The position numbers and the translations under genes are program-made. This document shows positions 1 to 10,778 of a stretch of 64,000 nt of DNA, one piece after another; the first letter of the stretch is position 1; every line of letters starts with the position of its first letter. The stretch comes from an uncultured Bacteroidota bacterium. Its GTDB lineage: Bacteria > Bacteroidota > Ignavibacteria > UBA10030 > UBA6906. The notes below the pieces were generated by a model, which was given only the letters and a program-made list of their open reading frames with translations, did not search any database and was not told the DNA's origin. The stretch is taken from assembly GCA_963734955.1 (NCBI GenBank), contig CAVTJO010000006.1:411458-475457 (forward strand), in the 5' to 3' direction.

Positions 1-417
1 TTCCCTTTCTTTTGCCTATGTTCAAATTTGTGGCGGCGGCTCATTGGGTCGTGCGGCTGCTGGTGCAACAAAGGCTGTGTGAGAATGTTAATACATATTC
101 TTCAGGAATCAAGAGCCGAATTCATCCATGGCCTTGCCCACGAAAAACCGTCCGCGGGTCTGGATACAGTAAGTATAGTGTCTGAAGGGACTCCACAGTT
201 CCAGCCTGTCGTTTCGTCCCAATCTGGAGACGGCACGCGTCATTCCTGTTTGTCTTGCCTGTGGTTTTGAGTATCCTGTGCCTGCAAGCCTGCTCGGGAA
301 AGAACATACCATCCTTCTCAAGCCCTGAGCCACGTCGTCGTGCGATGACGTGTCTGACGTTGTAGCTACCTGTTTGTGTCAGTCAACTTTCCAATCATCA
401 ATCGTGTGGAGGCATGC

Positions 418-1884
418 ATGAAAAGCTTTGCGGTTTCGACGGTGGGCGTCGTCCTTTTCGTGGCGGTGTTTGTCGGGAGTATGTTTGCACAGATGTCTGC
501 CAATGGGAAAATCCCAATCACGACTTCGTCTGAGGAGGCGAGAAGGGAATTTCTTCAAGGCCGGGACTTATCCGAGAAGCTGCGGCTTCAGAATTCGATC
601 CAGCATTTCGAGAATGCAATCTCAAAAGACCCGAACTTTGCGTATGCGTACCTCTTGCTTGCCCAATCGGCGCCGACAGCGAAGGTCTTCTTTGAAAACA
701 TGAAGAAGGCCGTCGCGCTTGCAAACAAGGTCTCCGAGGGAGAACGGTTGCTCATCATGGGCGCCCAGGCAGGAGTGGATGGGGAGCAGATGAGGCAGAA
801 GGCGATGTATGACAAGCTCGTTGCAGCGTATCCTCGCGATGAACGCGCGTGTTTCGTACTTGGGAATTACTACATTGGCATCCAGGACTATCCGAAAGGG
901 ATTGAACAGTACGAGAAGTGCTCGAAGATCGCTCCCGATTATTCTCCTGCGTACAACTCACTTGGCTACGCGTACAGGGCGATTGAGAAATATGACGCTG
1001 CGGAAAAGGCATTCAAGAGATACACCGAGTTGATTCCGGACGATCCAAATCCGCCGGATTCCTATGCGGAGTTGTTGATGAAAATGGGGAGATTCCAGGA
1101 ATCGATCTCCGAATACAGGAGGGCGCTGAGCATTGACCCGAATTTCATCAATTCTCGCATGGGCGTTGCTGCCAACCTCACATATCTTGGAAAGCCGGAT
1201 GAAGCATCTGCGGAATTGCAGAAACTCTACGACATGGCCCGCGACGACGGAGAGCGTCGCACTGCGTTGTTTAGTATGGTCGTCCTCAAGGTTGACGGCG
1301 GGAAGATGGATGAGGCTCTGGTGGAAGCCGATAAGGAATATGCGATAGCGGAGAAGGCTAACGATATGGCCAACATGTCTGCCGACCTCGTGATGAAAGG
1401 GAATATTCTACGGGAGATGGGGAACTACGATGATGCGCTAACGACGTTTGACAGGTCGCTGGAAACAATGGAAAGATCGTCGCTCTCCCAGCCGGTCAAG
1501 GATCTGGCGAAACTGGGGCATCACTTTAACATTGCGACAGTTGCCGTCATGAAAGGGGATCTAAAGACTGCCCGTTCGGAGGCAGCACAATTCCAGAAAG
1601 GCGCGGAGGCACTCAAGAACAATTTCCAAATGAGACGCGCCCACGAGCTGGCCGGTAGGATTTTGCTCGAAGAAAAGAACTATGATAAGGCGATATCCGA
1701 GTTGAAACAGGCAAACCAATTGGATCCTTATAATCTCTACAGGCTGTCTCTTGCCTACCAGGGGAAGAAGGACACTGAGAAGGCAAGGGAATTCTGTACG
1801 AGGGCAGCGAAGGACAACACCCTTCCTGCATTGAACTACGCTTTCGTAAGAAGCAAGGCAACCAGGATGTTGTCAGCATTGTGA
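418..1884 (+). CDS. TPR-repeat protein with N-terminal signal peptide/TM segment
   Basis: Multiple tetratricopeptide-like repeats (AxxYxxLGxxY... pattern). Hydrophobic N-terminus (MKSFAVSTVGVVLFVAVFVGSMFAQ). GGAGG RBS sits 5 nt upstream of the ATG at 418; the ORF track begins at 376. Confidence 0.7.
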   Translation: MKSFAVSTVGVVLFVAVFVGSMFAQMSANGKIPITTSSEEARREFLQGRDLSEKLRLQNSIQHFENAISKDPNFAYAYLLLAQSAPTAKVFFENMKKAVALANKVSEGERLLIMGAQAGVDGEQMRQKAMYDKLVAAYPRDERACFVLGNYYIGIQDYPKGIEQYEKCSKIAPDYSPAYNSLGYAYRAIEKYDAAEKAFKRYTELIPDDPNPPDSYAELLMKMGRFQESISEYRRALSIDPNFINSRMGVAANLTYLGKPDEASAELQKLYDMARDDGERRTALFSMVVLKVDGGKMDEALVEADKEYAIAEKANDMANMSADLVMKGNILREMGNYDDALTTFDRSLETMERSSLSQPVKDLAKLGHHFNIATVAVMKGDLKTARSEAAQFQKGAEALKNNFQMRRAHELAGRILLEEKNYDKAISELKQANQLDPYNLYRLSLAYQGKKDTEKAREFCTRAAKDNTLPALNYAFVRSKATRMLSAL

Positions 1885-1979
1885 GCTGATGGGCACCCCC
1901 GAAGGTCTGCTCCTAACACTCAGTTGCTCGTTTGTTTCCCTTTCCTGATTTCACTATCTTTTCCAGTGATTTACATGCA

Positions 1980-2020
1980 AGACACGAGGCGATAAGGCCT
2001 CGTGTCTTGGCTGTTTGTGT
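1980..2020 (+). terminator. Hairpin (11 bp perfect stem agacacgaggc/gcctcgtgtct, 6 nt loop) followed by a T-rich tract, between the TPR gene and mnmA
   Basis: Perfect inverted repeat seen directly in the sequence. Terminator vs attenuator function cannot be distinguished. Confidence 0.3.
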
Positions 2021-2047
2021 CCGGACTGTTGTTTGGAAACGACGAGT

Positions 2048-3151
2048 ATGAGTCGAAAGATGCGTGTCGTTGTGGCAATGAGCGGTGGTGTGGATTCGTC
2101 CGTGGCTGCGGGCATTCTCGCTTCGCACGGATACGATCTGATTGGCATTACAATCAAGACATACAAGTATGAGGATGTTGGTGGGAACGTTGGTAACGAA
2201 AGCAGTTGCTGTTCGCTTGACGGGATTAACGACGCACGGGCAGTGGCTGCCAGGCTCGGCTTCCCGCACTATGTGCTCGACTTCAGTGAGCGGTTCGGCG
2301 TTGAAGTGATTGAGAACTTCGTCAGCGAGTACCTCGCCGGACGAACTCCCAATCCCTGTGTCATCTGCAACAGGAAAATCAAGTGGGAAGAACTCATCAG
2401 GAAATCTACCGCACTTGGGGCAGACTACATCGCCACCGGGCACTACGCCCGCGTCCGGCTTGACGAACATGCCGGCCGTTATGTTATCTCCAGAGGAAAA
2501 GATGAATCCAAGGATCAGTCGTATGCCTTGTGGGGTCTGACGCAAGAGTCGTTGAGCAAGACCATGTTTCCCCTGGCGGACATGACGAAAGCTGAATCTC
2601 GATCTTTGGGTGAGACTCTGGGCCTTCCGAATATGAACAAGGGGGAAAGCTATGAAATATGCTTCATCCCCGATAACAATTATGAGCGGTTTCTCAAGGA
2701 GCGCCGCCCGGCTCTTCAGGCAGAAGTTGAAGGTGGAGAAATTGTGATGAATGGCCAAGTCGTGGGTCATCACCGCGGTTTTCCGTTCTATACAATTGGG
2801 CAGCGAAAGGGTCTGGGGGTTTCCCGGCCGGACCCGTTGTACGTGACGGGCATCGATTCAAAAAGCAACCGCATTGAAATCGGCAGCGGGGAAGCACTCT
2901 ACAAGCATGGGCTCGTTGCGCGTAGTATCAATATGATCAAGTACAACGATTGCCGGGAGCCCCGCCGTGTCGACGCGAAGATCAGGTACAATGATGCCGG
3001 AGCTGCTGCCACAATTCAGCAATTGGAAGACGGACGGATGGTGGTACTGTTTGACGAACCCCGCCGCGCAATCACTCCGGGTCAATCTGTTGTATTTTAT
3101 GAGGGTGATGATGTCGTAGGAGGAGCCATCATTGACGAAGTTCTGGCTTAA
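2048..3151 (+). CDS. mnmA: tRNA-specific 2-thiouridylase MnmA
   Basis: PP-loop motif SGGVDSSV and conserved MnmA core (CNxxIKW, DQSYxL) over the full length. An alternative ATG lies at 2060. Confidence 0.9.
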   Translation: MSRKMRVVVAMSGGVDSSVAAGILASHGYDLIGITIKTYKYEDVGGNVGNESSCCSLDGINDARAVAARLGFPHYVLDFSERFGVEVIENFVSEYLAGRTPNPCVICNRKIKWEELIRKSTALGADYIATGHYARVRLDEHAGRYVISRGKDESKDQSYALWGLTQESLSKTMFPLADMTKAESRSLGETLGLPNMNKGESYEICFIPDNNYERFLKERRPALQAEVEGGEIVMNGQVVGHHRGFPFYTIGQRKGLGVSRPDPLYVTGIDSKSNRIEIGSGEALYKHGLVARSINMIKYNDCREPRRVDAKIRYNDAGAAATIQQLEDGRMVVLFDEPRRAITPGQSVVFYEGDDVVGGAIIDEVLA

Positions 3152-3355
3152 GCCCGCCTTTCATGGCTGCTGTCCCCAGTCGATACAGGGCAGGAGCCTC
3201 CCTTTGAGTGCGAGGAGCAAAGACATTTGAATGCCTCAGTAGGGCCGTCAGCGAGACCACTATCTCCGAACCGGTTCCCCAATGGCCTGTTCCTGTGATT
3301 GCACTTCGTTGTTGACTTTTCTATATTGACCGCGTCAAATTTCTGAGGTTCGCTC

Positions 3356-3577
3356 TTGCTCACACGTAGATTTCTTACCATTTATGGGATAGTCGGAATT
3401 GTCGTGATGGCGGTGTTGCTTATCCTTGTCGCCTTCAAGCTTGTCCGAACAGAGTATTTCCTCCCTCTCTTTCTCGTCGCATTTGTTATCTGGGCAAGTC
3501 GCATTGTGCTTCGTATGTTGATCTCACGGAAAGAGCGCGAGGAAGCGGCAGGCCAAAGTCAACCGCCGGCCAAATAG
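3356..3577 (+). CDS. Small hypothetical membrane protein (2 TM helices), TTG start
   Basis: 73 aa ORF with two hydrophobic helices and a charged C-terminus. No recognisable family. Confidence 0.3.
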   Translation: MLTRRFLTIYGIVGIVVMAVLLILVAFKLVRTEYFLPLFLVAFVIWASRIVLRMLISRKEREEAAGQSQPPAK

Positions 3578-3597
3578 TTCCATTATACAGACTTTAA

Positions 3598-4561
3598 ATG
3601 GTTCGTGTCGGCATCCTCGGCACTGCGAGAATTGCACGCGCATTCTTCGATGCCCCCTTGCACGGTGTTGAAATTTCGGCCATTGCCAGCAGAGAGAAAT
3701 CCAGGGGCGAGGCATTTGCCAAGGAGTTCAATATTCCCCTTTGCTGCGGCAGTTACGAACAGCTGCTGGCCGACCGCGCCATAGACGCCGTCTATATTCC
3801 TCTCCCTCAACATCTTCATTGTGAATATACGGTCAAGGCAGCACAGGCCGGGAAACATGTGCTCGTCGAAAAGCCGGCCGCGCTCACATCCACGGAAGTT
3901 CACTCGATGATCGACGCCTGCAAGGAACATAACGTGTTCCTCATGGAGGCATTCATGTATCGGTTCAAACGCATCCAGAAGAGGTTGAAAGAGATTGTCG
4001 TATCAGGAAGGATAGGGAGGGTGACGTACATCGATTTCAATTGGTGCTTCCATATAGGCACCTTGGCCCGCAGTGCCTTCAGAATGGATCCAAGAACGGG
4101 CGGAGGTGCGCTGTATGATCTCGGAATTTACGGGATCGATTTTATGCGGTATGTGACGGATGAGGAGCCGAAACTGCTTCATGCGCAAATCCACCGTGAC
4201 ACGCCTGACGGAGTTGATATGTTCTCTCACGCCGTGTTCTCCGTCGCCGGCGCAACGGCGACCGTCACGGCCTCCTTCACTACCGACGCGAACTACTATG
4301 CTGTGAATGGCGAGAAGGGATCCATCTATGCACGGTCGGCCCTTGCGGGTCGTCCGGTGGAAAACGTTCTTCAAATCCACTTACTCGGAGGTGATGAGTT
4401 GATTGAGGAGAGGGTTCCCGCCCGAGAATCCCTATATCAATGAACTCGAGTATTTTGCCCGATGTATTGCGGCGAACGAAAAGCCATTTCCCGATGCGGA
4501 GAACAGCCTCGAAAACCTTCGAGTGCTTGAAGAGGTCTTCGCAAGGGCCACGCTTGTGTGA
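3598..4561 (+). CDS. Gfo/Idh/MocA family NAD(P)-dependent oxidoreductase, interrupted by a frameshift near 4403-4440
   Basis: N-terminal Rossmann motif (VGILGTARIA...EKP). The last ~45 aa (NPYINELEYFARCIAANEKPFPDAENSLENLRVLEEVFARATLV*) continue in the +1 frame, ending at 4561. Confidence 0.75.
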
Positions 4562-4610
4562 CAAAAAAATGCCTCCCGTCGGGGAGGCATTCTTCGCATG
4601 GCAGATCGTC

Positions 4611-4973
4611 CTAAGACTGGAGCTTTTTGTTTGCCAGAAGATAGAATGCAATGAGGCTGACGCCGCCAAAGAGGCACATGAGTGCGGGGTAGATCCCTTC
4701 TTCGACGAAGTAGTTTGCGTGCAGGTACATGCCAATGATTGCAGCGATACCAACGGCCACAAAGATCATCCCCCATTTCAGTGAACTCAATGGATTGATC
4801 CTCAGTGTTCCTCGCTCATAGAGGGCCTTCATGTCTTCAGGTTTCAGGCCCTTTTCAATCATGGTCATTCGCTCCTTGTGGCGGGTTAAGAGGGTGAATC
4901 CCCAAATTGCCGCAATTGTGAGAAAGAATACTATTGGCACGAGAACTTCTTCGCCGTTCATTGTCGCCTCCAT
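4611..4973 (-). CDS. Small integral membrane protein (3 predicted TM helices), divergent from the ECF sigma factor gene
   Basis: 120 aa ORF with hydrophobic segments. No family assignment possible by eye. Confidence 0.5.
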   Translation of the reverse strand: MEATMNGEEVLVPIVFFLTIAAIWGFTLLTRHKERMTMIEKGLKPEDMKALYERGTLRINPLSSLKWGMIFVAVGIAAIIGMYLHANYFVEEGIYPALMCLFGGVSLIAFYLLANKKLQS

Positions 4974-5115
4974 TGTTGGATAGTGAGTGTGGCTTCTTCT
5001 GTTTGCTTAGACATCAGGCGGGGAGAAAATGTTTCTGCCCTTTCTAAAGAAGGCGTACGGATGAAACAATCTTCGTGCTACGGTAGTCCAATGGGTTAAA
5101 GAAGGCATCAGGCCC

Positions 5116-5697
5116 TTGAGAGATTCCGATCAGGATATCATCGATCAGATTCGGGCGGGGAATTCCCGTCGATACGCCCTTTTGGTCGATCACCACAAGG
5201 ACCGGGCTCTTACACTTGCGTGCAGGCTCGTTGGCGGCAAAGAGGAAGCCGAGGAGTTGGTGCAGGATGCTTTTATCAGAGCATTCAAAAGCCTGGATCA
5301 ATTCCGGGGTGATGCAAAATTCGGGACATGGTTCTACCGTATTCTGTATAACCTCTGCATGACTAAAGTGACCCGGCGGCGCGGCAAGCCGGAGCAAATC
5401 GATGTCGATGATAAAGGCGGATTGGATAACATTCTTGTGGACACAGATGAACCCTCACTTGATGAACGACTGGAAGAGGATGAACTCAACGAACTTATTG
5501 CAGATGAGATCAACACCCTTCCCGAAAAGTTCAGATCTGTAGTAACGTTGTTTTACGTTCAGGAGATGAGTTACGAGGAGATTGTTTCCGTTCTCAACAC
5601 GCCGATTGGCACGGTCAAAACCAATCTTTTTCGCGCAAGGAATATGTTAAAGGAAAGGGTGCTGGGTCGGATGAAAGGAGAGATGAAGGTCGCATGA
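5116..5697 (+). CDS. RNA polymerase ECF-type sigma-70 family factor
   Basis: Region 2 (DAFIRAFKSLDQFRGDAKFGTWFYRILYN) and region 4 (MSYEEIVSVLNTPIGTVKTNLFRAR) are clearly recognisable. Confidence 0.85.
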   Translation: MRDSDQDIIDQIRAGNSRRYALLVDHHKDRALTLACRLVGGKEEAEELVQDAFIRAFKSLDQFRGDAKFGTWFYRILYNLCMTKVTRRRGKPEQIDVDDKGGLDNILVDTDEPSLDERLEEDELNELIADEINTLPEKFRSVVTLFYVQEMSYEEIVSVLNTPIGTVKTNLFRARNMLKERVLGRMKGEMKVA

Positions 5698-6254
5698 AAA
5701 ATGGAACACTGCATTACTCCGCTGAGCAATTCAACCTGCTGTTGGATGGTCGAGTGCCATCCGATGAGGCAAAGGCCATGAATGACCACATCAGCGGTTG
5801 CAGAGAATGTCGTCGGATGTGGAAGGATCTCGGGACGATTGACGCCGCGCTGGGCCAGGTTCCGCTGCTGCAAGCCCGCCCAGATTTCACCCGATCCGTG
5901 ATTGATCGTATTTTGATTGCCCCGAAACCGCCGTTCGTATTTCGCCTGCTCGAAAATGCCTCGTATCTGTTCGGGCTTCTCATTGTCCTCGGGATCATGG
6001 CGGCGGCGTTCGTGGTGACCGGAGTGTTTACCAACACCGAAATCGAGCAGACGAAAAATGTGATGTCCACTGTTGCGTCAAGTGCGGGAGAGAGTTTGGC
6101 AACCTCATTGGGCACCTTCAACTCCTGGTTGGTTGAGTATCTCCCCTTTGCGTTTGGGAAAGGAAGCATGGGTATCGCATTCTTTGCCGTCCTTGTAATG
6201 ATCATGCTTGCTGCGATTGATCACGTGGTAGGGAGGAGGGTGATGCAGAAATAG
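5694..6254 (+). CDS. Putative anti-sigma factor (zf-HC2 type, membrane-spanning)
   Basis: ATGA overlap with the sigma gene. HxxxCxxC motif (HISGCRECRRMW) followed by TM segments. Confidence 0.6.
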   Translation: MKNGTLHYSAEQFNLLLDGRVPSDEAKAMNDHISGCRECRRMWKDLGTIDAALGQVPLLQARPDFTRSVIDRILIAPKPPFVFRLLENASYLFGLLIVLGIMAAAFVVTGVFTNTEIEQTKNVMSTVASSAGESLATSLGTFNSWLVEYLPFAFGKGSMGIAFFAVLVMIMLAAIDHVVGRRVMQK

Positions 6255-6284
6255 ACCTGTTGCGGGGGCCCTTAAGCCGGACGT

Positions 6285-6599
6285 CTATTTTGCTGCGGAG
6301 AGGTATTTCACATCTTCTTTTCCGACAACTTCTGCCCAGTGGACTGTGTTTGCGGGTAGATCCAGTCTGTCTCCCGGATTCATGATCCACGTTCCCGCGT
6401 CTGTCCCGACCTTCATCCTGCCCGCCACGATCACGATGAAGTCATCGAAGTCATGTTTGTGCCTGCCATATTTCATGCGCGGGGGATCGGAATACAACTC
6501 GCACTGAAGCCCCTCATTCTGCAAGATCACTTTCAGTTCATCCAGTGTTGGCTTTGACTTCTTCCCCCAGGGAACGATATCAATGATCTGTTTCGACAA
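6285..6599 (-). CDS. Cupin-domain protein
   Basis: About 100 aa. Cupin motifs G(x)5HxH...PxG...H (HKHDFDDFIVIVAGRM ... NPGDRLDLPANTVHWAE). Confidence 0.7.
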   Translation of the reverse strand: MSKQIIDIVPWGKKSKPTLDELKVILQNEGLQCELYSDPPRMKYGRHKHDFDDFIVIVAGRMKVGTDAGTWIMNPGDRLDLPANTVHWAEVVGKEDVKYLSAAK

Positions 6600-6611
6600 C
6601 GAATAGTCCTC

Positions 6612-7787
6612 TCAACGTGTAGACTGTGTCCTCAGTGCACGTACTGCCTCGCCGCCATGGCTATCCTCAGGGCGTCCCAAGCATTGCTCGAGATATGATT
6701 CGTACTGATCCACGATGCGGTGCACGTCAAAATTCTCGACTGCCCGCCTCCTGGCGTTGGCACTGAAGATTGTATGTTTGGCCTGATTGGTGAGAAGTTC
6801 GACGGCGTATCGTGCCATGCGTTCGACATCTCCGATTTCGGCGATGTAACCCGTCTCGCCGTGTACCTGGAGTTCTGGAAGACCTCCCACACTGGATGAT
6901 ACAACCGGGACTCCACATGACATTGCCTCCAATGCCGAGAGGCCGAAGCTCTCTGATTGACTTGGCATCAGAAATAAATCTGCCGCCGAAAGAATTGGCA
7001 CCAACTCGAGCTGTTTGCCGAGAAATTTCACATGTTGCTCGATTCCCAGCTCCCGAACCAGAAGTTCACAGCTTGAGCGTTCGGGACCATCGCCGACGAG
7101 AATGAGCTTGGATGGTATTTTCTTCCTGACCTCATTGAAGATCTTGATGACATCCTGCACCCGCTTCACAACTCTGAAATTGGACGTATGCACCATGATC
7201 TTTTCGCCTCTCGGTGCAAAGCGATCGGCGATGTCCTCGCATTCTATGCGCTTGTACTTTTCCGTATCGACGAAGTTGGGGATCACTTCGATCGCTTTGT
7301 CAATTCCGTAGTTCGTGGTTGTCTTTTCCCGCAAGAAGCGTGAGACCGCGGTAACGCCGTCGCTCTTCTCTATGCTGAATTTCATCACGGGCAAGAAGCT
7401 GGGTTCCAATCCGACGAGGGTGATGTCAGTGCCATGAAGAGTGGTTACAATTTTCAACCCATTTCCCACGATTTCTCTTGCGAGGTAGGCACTTATTGCA
7501 TGCGGAATGGCATAATGTGCGTGTATCAGATCGAGTTTCTCGAATCGCGCAACTTCAACCATTTTGCTTGCGAGTGCAGGCGTGTAGAGCGGGAACTCGA
7601 AGAGCGGATACGTTGCCATCTCCACTTCATGATAGAATACATTGCCTTGATACCCATCCAGCCGCATGGGTATCGCGTAGCTGATGAAGTGGACCTGATG
7701 ACCTTTTGTTGCCAGTGCCTTGCCGAGTTCCGTCGCCACTACGCCGCTGCCGCCGTACGTGGGATAGCAGACAACTCCGATTTTCAT
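6612..7787 (-). CDS. bshA: GT4 glycosyltransferase, BshA-like (N-acetyl-alpha-D-glucosaminyl L-malate synthase, bacillithiol pathway)
   Basis: N-terminus MKIGVVCYPTYGGSGVVATELGKALATKGHQVHFI closely matches the BshA signature. C-terminal GT4 EX7E region present. Start placed at MKIG (7787). Confidence 0.7.
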   Translation of the reverse strand: MKIGVVCYPTYGGSGVVATELGKALATKGHQVHFISYAIPMRLDGYQGNVFYHEVEMATYPLFEFPLYTPALASKMVEVARFEKLDLIHAHYAIPHAISAYLAREIVGNGLKIVTTLHGTDITLVGLEPSFLPVMKFSIEKSDGVTAVSRFLREKTTTNYGIDKAIEVIPNFVDTEKYKRIECEDIADRFAPRGEKIMVHTSNFRVVKRVQDVIKIFNEVRKKIPSKLILVGDGPERSSCELLVRELGIEQHVKFLGKQLELVPILSAADLFLMPSQSESFGLSALEAMSCGVPVVSSSVGGLPELQVHGETGYIAEIGDVERMARYAVELLTNQAKHTIFSANARRRAVENFDVHRIVDQYESYLEQCLGRPEDSHGGEAVRALRTQSTR

Positions 7788-7909
7788 GGAAAGTTCCCTT
7801 TGTGCGATGAAGATAAACAAAGAAGCCGTAAGCCACAAGTTGCCCGATGGATCGCTTTAGAAAGCCGTTCAGATTTCATTATATTAGGGCTGCTCGATAT
7901 TCCACGACG

Positions 7910-8548
7910 ATGACTGCGCTGACAGACGAATACAGAACAATCGCACGGGGTGCCGAGGCCGGGTTCAAGGTGCAGGATTCAAAGTTCATTGCCTCGGCCT
8001 CGCCATCGACAACAAAGACCCAGGCTGAAGAGTTCGTTGCCGGGCTGAAAAAACTCCGCCACGATGCAACGCACAATTGCTTCGCGTACCGGTGCGGAGT
8101 GGACGGGGCCACGTTCAGGTTCAATGACGATGGTGAGCCCAGCGGGACTGCGGGGAAGCCGATTCTCGTTGCCATCGACAAGTTCGGCCTGACCGATATC
8201 GTTGTTGTGGTGACACGATATTTTGGCGGAACGAAGCTTGGAGTGGGAGGATTGCGCCGCGCGTATTCCGATGCAGCCGAACGGGCCCTTGCGTCTGCCT
8301 CGCTTCTCACTAGGTACGCCGTCGAAGAGCTTCGTGTTTCATTCCCCCACTCGCATATCGGCAAAGTCATGCACGTTGCATCGCGGTGCGGTGCAAAGAT
8401 TCTTGACACGCAGTATGATGAAGAGGTGCACGTTGTGCTGGAGATCAGAAGATCGAGGCGTGAAGACCTCCGGTCTCTCCTCATGAATCAGACAAATGGC
8501 AATCTCAGGTTCACTTCCGGGACGGCGTTGAACCCGACACGTTCTTAG
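7910..8548 (+). CDS. YigZ/IMPACT family protein (UPF0029)
   Basis: Conserved block HNCFAYRxG...DDGEPSGTAGKPIL...VVVTRYFGGTKLGxGGL. Confidence 0.75.
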   Translation: MTALTDEYRTIARGAEAGFKVQDSKFIASASPSTTKTQAEEFVAGLKKLRHDATHNCFAYRCGVDGATFRFNDDGEPSGTAGKPILVAIDKFGLTDIVVVVTRYFGGTKLGVGGLRRAYSDAAERALASASLLTRYAVEELRVSFPHSHIGKVMHVASRCGAKILDTQYDEEVHVVLEIRRSRREDLRSLLMNQTNGNLRFTSGTALNPTRS

Positions 8549-9747
8549 TTCCGCTCTTTCACAATTTTCATTGTGTCGAGCGCGATCACCAGCTCTTCAT
8601 TCGTGGGAACCACCAGCACGGCGGCTTTCGAGCCGGGCGTGCTTATGAGCTTTTCCTTTTCCGCCGACCCGTTTGCGTTCTCATCAATATGGATTCCGAG
8701 GAAATCAAGGTCCCTGCAACTCTCCCGTCGAACTTCGGGGCTGTTCTCTCCAATGCCACCGGTGAATATGACGGCGTCAATTCCTCCCATCGCTGCTGCA
8801 TACGCTCCAATGTACTTCCGGATCCTGTAGCAGAAAATCTCGAACGCGTAGTGAGCCTTCTTGTCTCCATTCTGCATTTCCTTCAGGACTTCCCGCATGT
8901 CGCTGCTTACTCCTGAGATGCCCTGAAGTCCGCTGTGTTTATTGAGAAGGGTATTGGCTTCAGCGATGTTGATTCCCTCCTTCGCCATGATATAGAGAAT
9001 GACTGAAGGATCGATATCGCCCGAGCGCGTTCCCATGAGCAACCCTTCAAGAGGCGTGAAGCCCATGGTTGTATCCACAGATGTGCCATGGTCAATTGCC
9101 GCCATGCTGCATCCATTGCCAAGGTGACATGTGACCAGCTTGAGGGAGCCGATATCTCTCTTCAACAAAATTGTTGATCGTTCCGAGACGTACCGATGAG
9201 ACATGCCATGAAATCCATAGCGACGGATTCTGTATTGTGTGTAGAGGGAGTAGGGGAGGCCATACAGGAAGGCGCGCCTCGGCATTTGTTGGTGGAATGC
9301 GGTATCGAAGACGGCCACTTGAGGAGTGCCAGGCAAACTCACTTGGCATGCGTTAATGCCCCTGAGGTTGTGGGGATTGTGCAATGGGGCAATCTCGAAG
9401 TTGTTCCGGATGCCCTTGATGACTTCGTCGGTGATGAGGACTGAGGCTGTGAACGTCTCTCCCCCATGCACCACTCGATGACCAATGGCGTGGATGTCGG
9501 ACTTTTCATTGATGACTCCGTGATTCCGACTGAGGAGAACAGCGAGGATGTATTCGATTGCACTGATGTGGTCGACAATTTCGCCGGCAATTTTGATCTC
9601 ATCGCCGTCGTATCGAATGTTCGTGAGCGTTGCGCCATCCATTCCGATACGCTCAATGCTTCCGCGAGCAAGGGTTTTCTGCGTTTCGGGTTCGATGAAT
9701 TGGTACTTGACGGACGAGCTGCCACAGTTAAGGACAAGTATGTTCAT
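8545..9747 (-). CDS. ackA: Acetate kinase
   Basis: MNILVLNCGSSSVKYQF N-terminus and full-length acetate/propionate kinase signature. Confidence 0.9.
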   Translation of the reverse strand: MNILVLNCGSSSVKYQFIEPETQKTLARGSIERIGMDGATLTNIRYDGDEIKIAGEIVDHISAIEYILAVLLSRNHGVINEKSDIHAIGHRVVHGGETFTASVLITDEVIKGIRNNFEIAPLHNPHNLRGINACQVSLPGTPQVAVFDTAFHQQMPRRAFLYGLPYSLYTQYRIRRYGFHGMSHRYVSERSTILLKRDIGSLKLVTCHLGNGCSMAAIDHGTSVDTTMGFTPLEGLLMGTRSGDIDPSVILYIMAKEGINIAEANTLLNKHSGLQGISGVSSDMREVLKEMQNGDKKAHYAFEIFCYRIRKYIGAYAAAMGGIDAVIFTGGIGENSPEVRRESCRDLDFLGIHIDENANGSAEKEKLISTPGSKAAVLVVPTNEELVIALDTMKIVKERN

Positions 9748-9845
9748 AGTTCTCTAAAGTTGTCGAAATGATGGACCTTCGTTGTATTCCAGCAGGGAAT
9801 GGGATTGTGTACGGCAGTCATCGACGTCCGCCGCTGCCGAGGCTG

Positions 9846-10778
9846 TCAGAGTTTTCTTCCTTCGCCGTTATATTTGAAGAAGCCCTCGCCGGACTTCCTC
9901 CCGAGTTTTCGTTCGCGTACCATGCGGCGAAGAAGAGGGCATGGGCGATAGCGCGGTTCGCCAAGCTCGTGGAACAGCGTCTCCATCCACATCAATACTT
10001 CGTCAAGACCCATATTGTCGGCCATCTCAAGCGGACCCTTTTCCATTCCGTAGCCAAGTCTCATTGCGGTGTCAATGTCTTCGGCCTTTGCGATTCCTTC
10101 CATCAACACGTGCATCGCCTCGTTGAGCATTGGAAGGATCACGCGTGTAGTGATAAAGCCCGGGTATTCAAATACCTCCACGGGCGTCTTGCCGATTCGC
10201 TCCGCGAATTTCTTCACGATCTTGAAGGTCTCGTCGGAAGTCTTCATACCGCGCACAATCTCGACAAGCGGAACCTTCGGTACGGGGTTGAGAAAGTGCA
10301 TGCCGATGATGCGTTCCGGCCGCTGACTGGACTGGGCAAGTTTCGACAGGCTGAGCGTGGCAGTGTTTGAAATGAACACTGCTTCATCCTTTCCAACAGA
10401 GTAAAACGCTTCGATGAGCTGACGCTTCAGCTCGAAATTTTCATCCACCGCCTCAATAATGATGTCGCAGTTCTTCAGCCCCGTAATCTCAATGGTTCCT
10501 TTCACGCGGGAGAGGATTGCGCGCTTGTCCGCGGCAGTTTTGCTCCAGCGCTTGATCTCGACGTCTATGGATTTCCCAAGTTCATCCAGGCCGGACTTGA
10601 GGGTTTTCTCGTTCTTTTCAACGACAATTACCTCGATGCCCGCGCCGGCGATTGTTTCAGCGATGCCTTGCCCCATCACTCCCAAACCGATCACTCCTAC
10701 CGAATGAAAACGATCCACACCTTTGTGAGTCTTGGAAAGTGGAGAACGAAGGTCTTCAAGCTTCAGTTTTTCAGCCAT
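9846..10778 (-). CDS. hbd: 3-hydroxybutyryl-CoA / 3-hydroxyacyl-CoA dehydrogenase
   Basis: NAD-binding VGVIGLGVMGQGIAE and 3HCDH core. Start set at MAEKLKL (10778). Confidence 0.85.
   Translation of the reverse strand: MAEKLKLEDLRSPLSKTHKGVDRFHSVGVIGLGVMGQGIAETIAGAGIEVIVVEKNEKTLKSGLDELGKSIDVEIKRWSKTAADKRAILSRVKGTIEITGLKNCDIIIEAVDENFELKRQLIEAFYSVGKDEAVFISNTATLSLSKLAQSSQRPERIIGMHFLNPVPKVPLVEIVRGMKTSDETFKIVKKFAERIGKTPVEVFEYPGFITTRVILPMLNEAMHVLMEGIAKAEDIDTAMRLGYGMEKGPLEMADNMGLDEVLMWMETLFHELGEPRYRPCPLLRRMVRERKLGRKSGEGFFKYNGEGRKL

Noticed and set aside
1913-2773. 286 aa ORF antisense to mnmA
   Set aside because: It lies entirely within a well-conserved gene on the opposite strand. It has no RBS and no recognisable motifs. 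It is a typical GC-rich antisense artefact.
4440-4784. 114 aa plus-strand ORF (MNSSILPD...) after the oxidoreductase
   Set aside because: It is the wrong frame. The +1 frame in the same region encodes the authentic C-terminus of the Gfo/Idh/MocA enzyme, so this ORF is a by-product of the frameshift.
4974-5115. Possible ECF-type (GGAAC-16-CGTT) autoregulatory promoter upstream of the sigma factor gene
   Set aside because: Only a weak TGAAAC...TAGTCC resemblance was found. It is not convincing enough to call.
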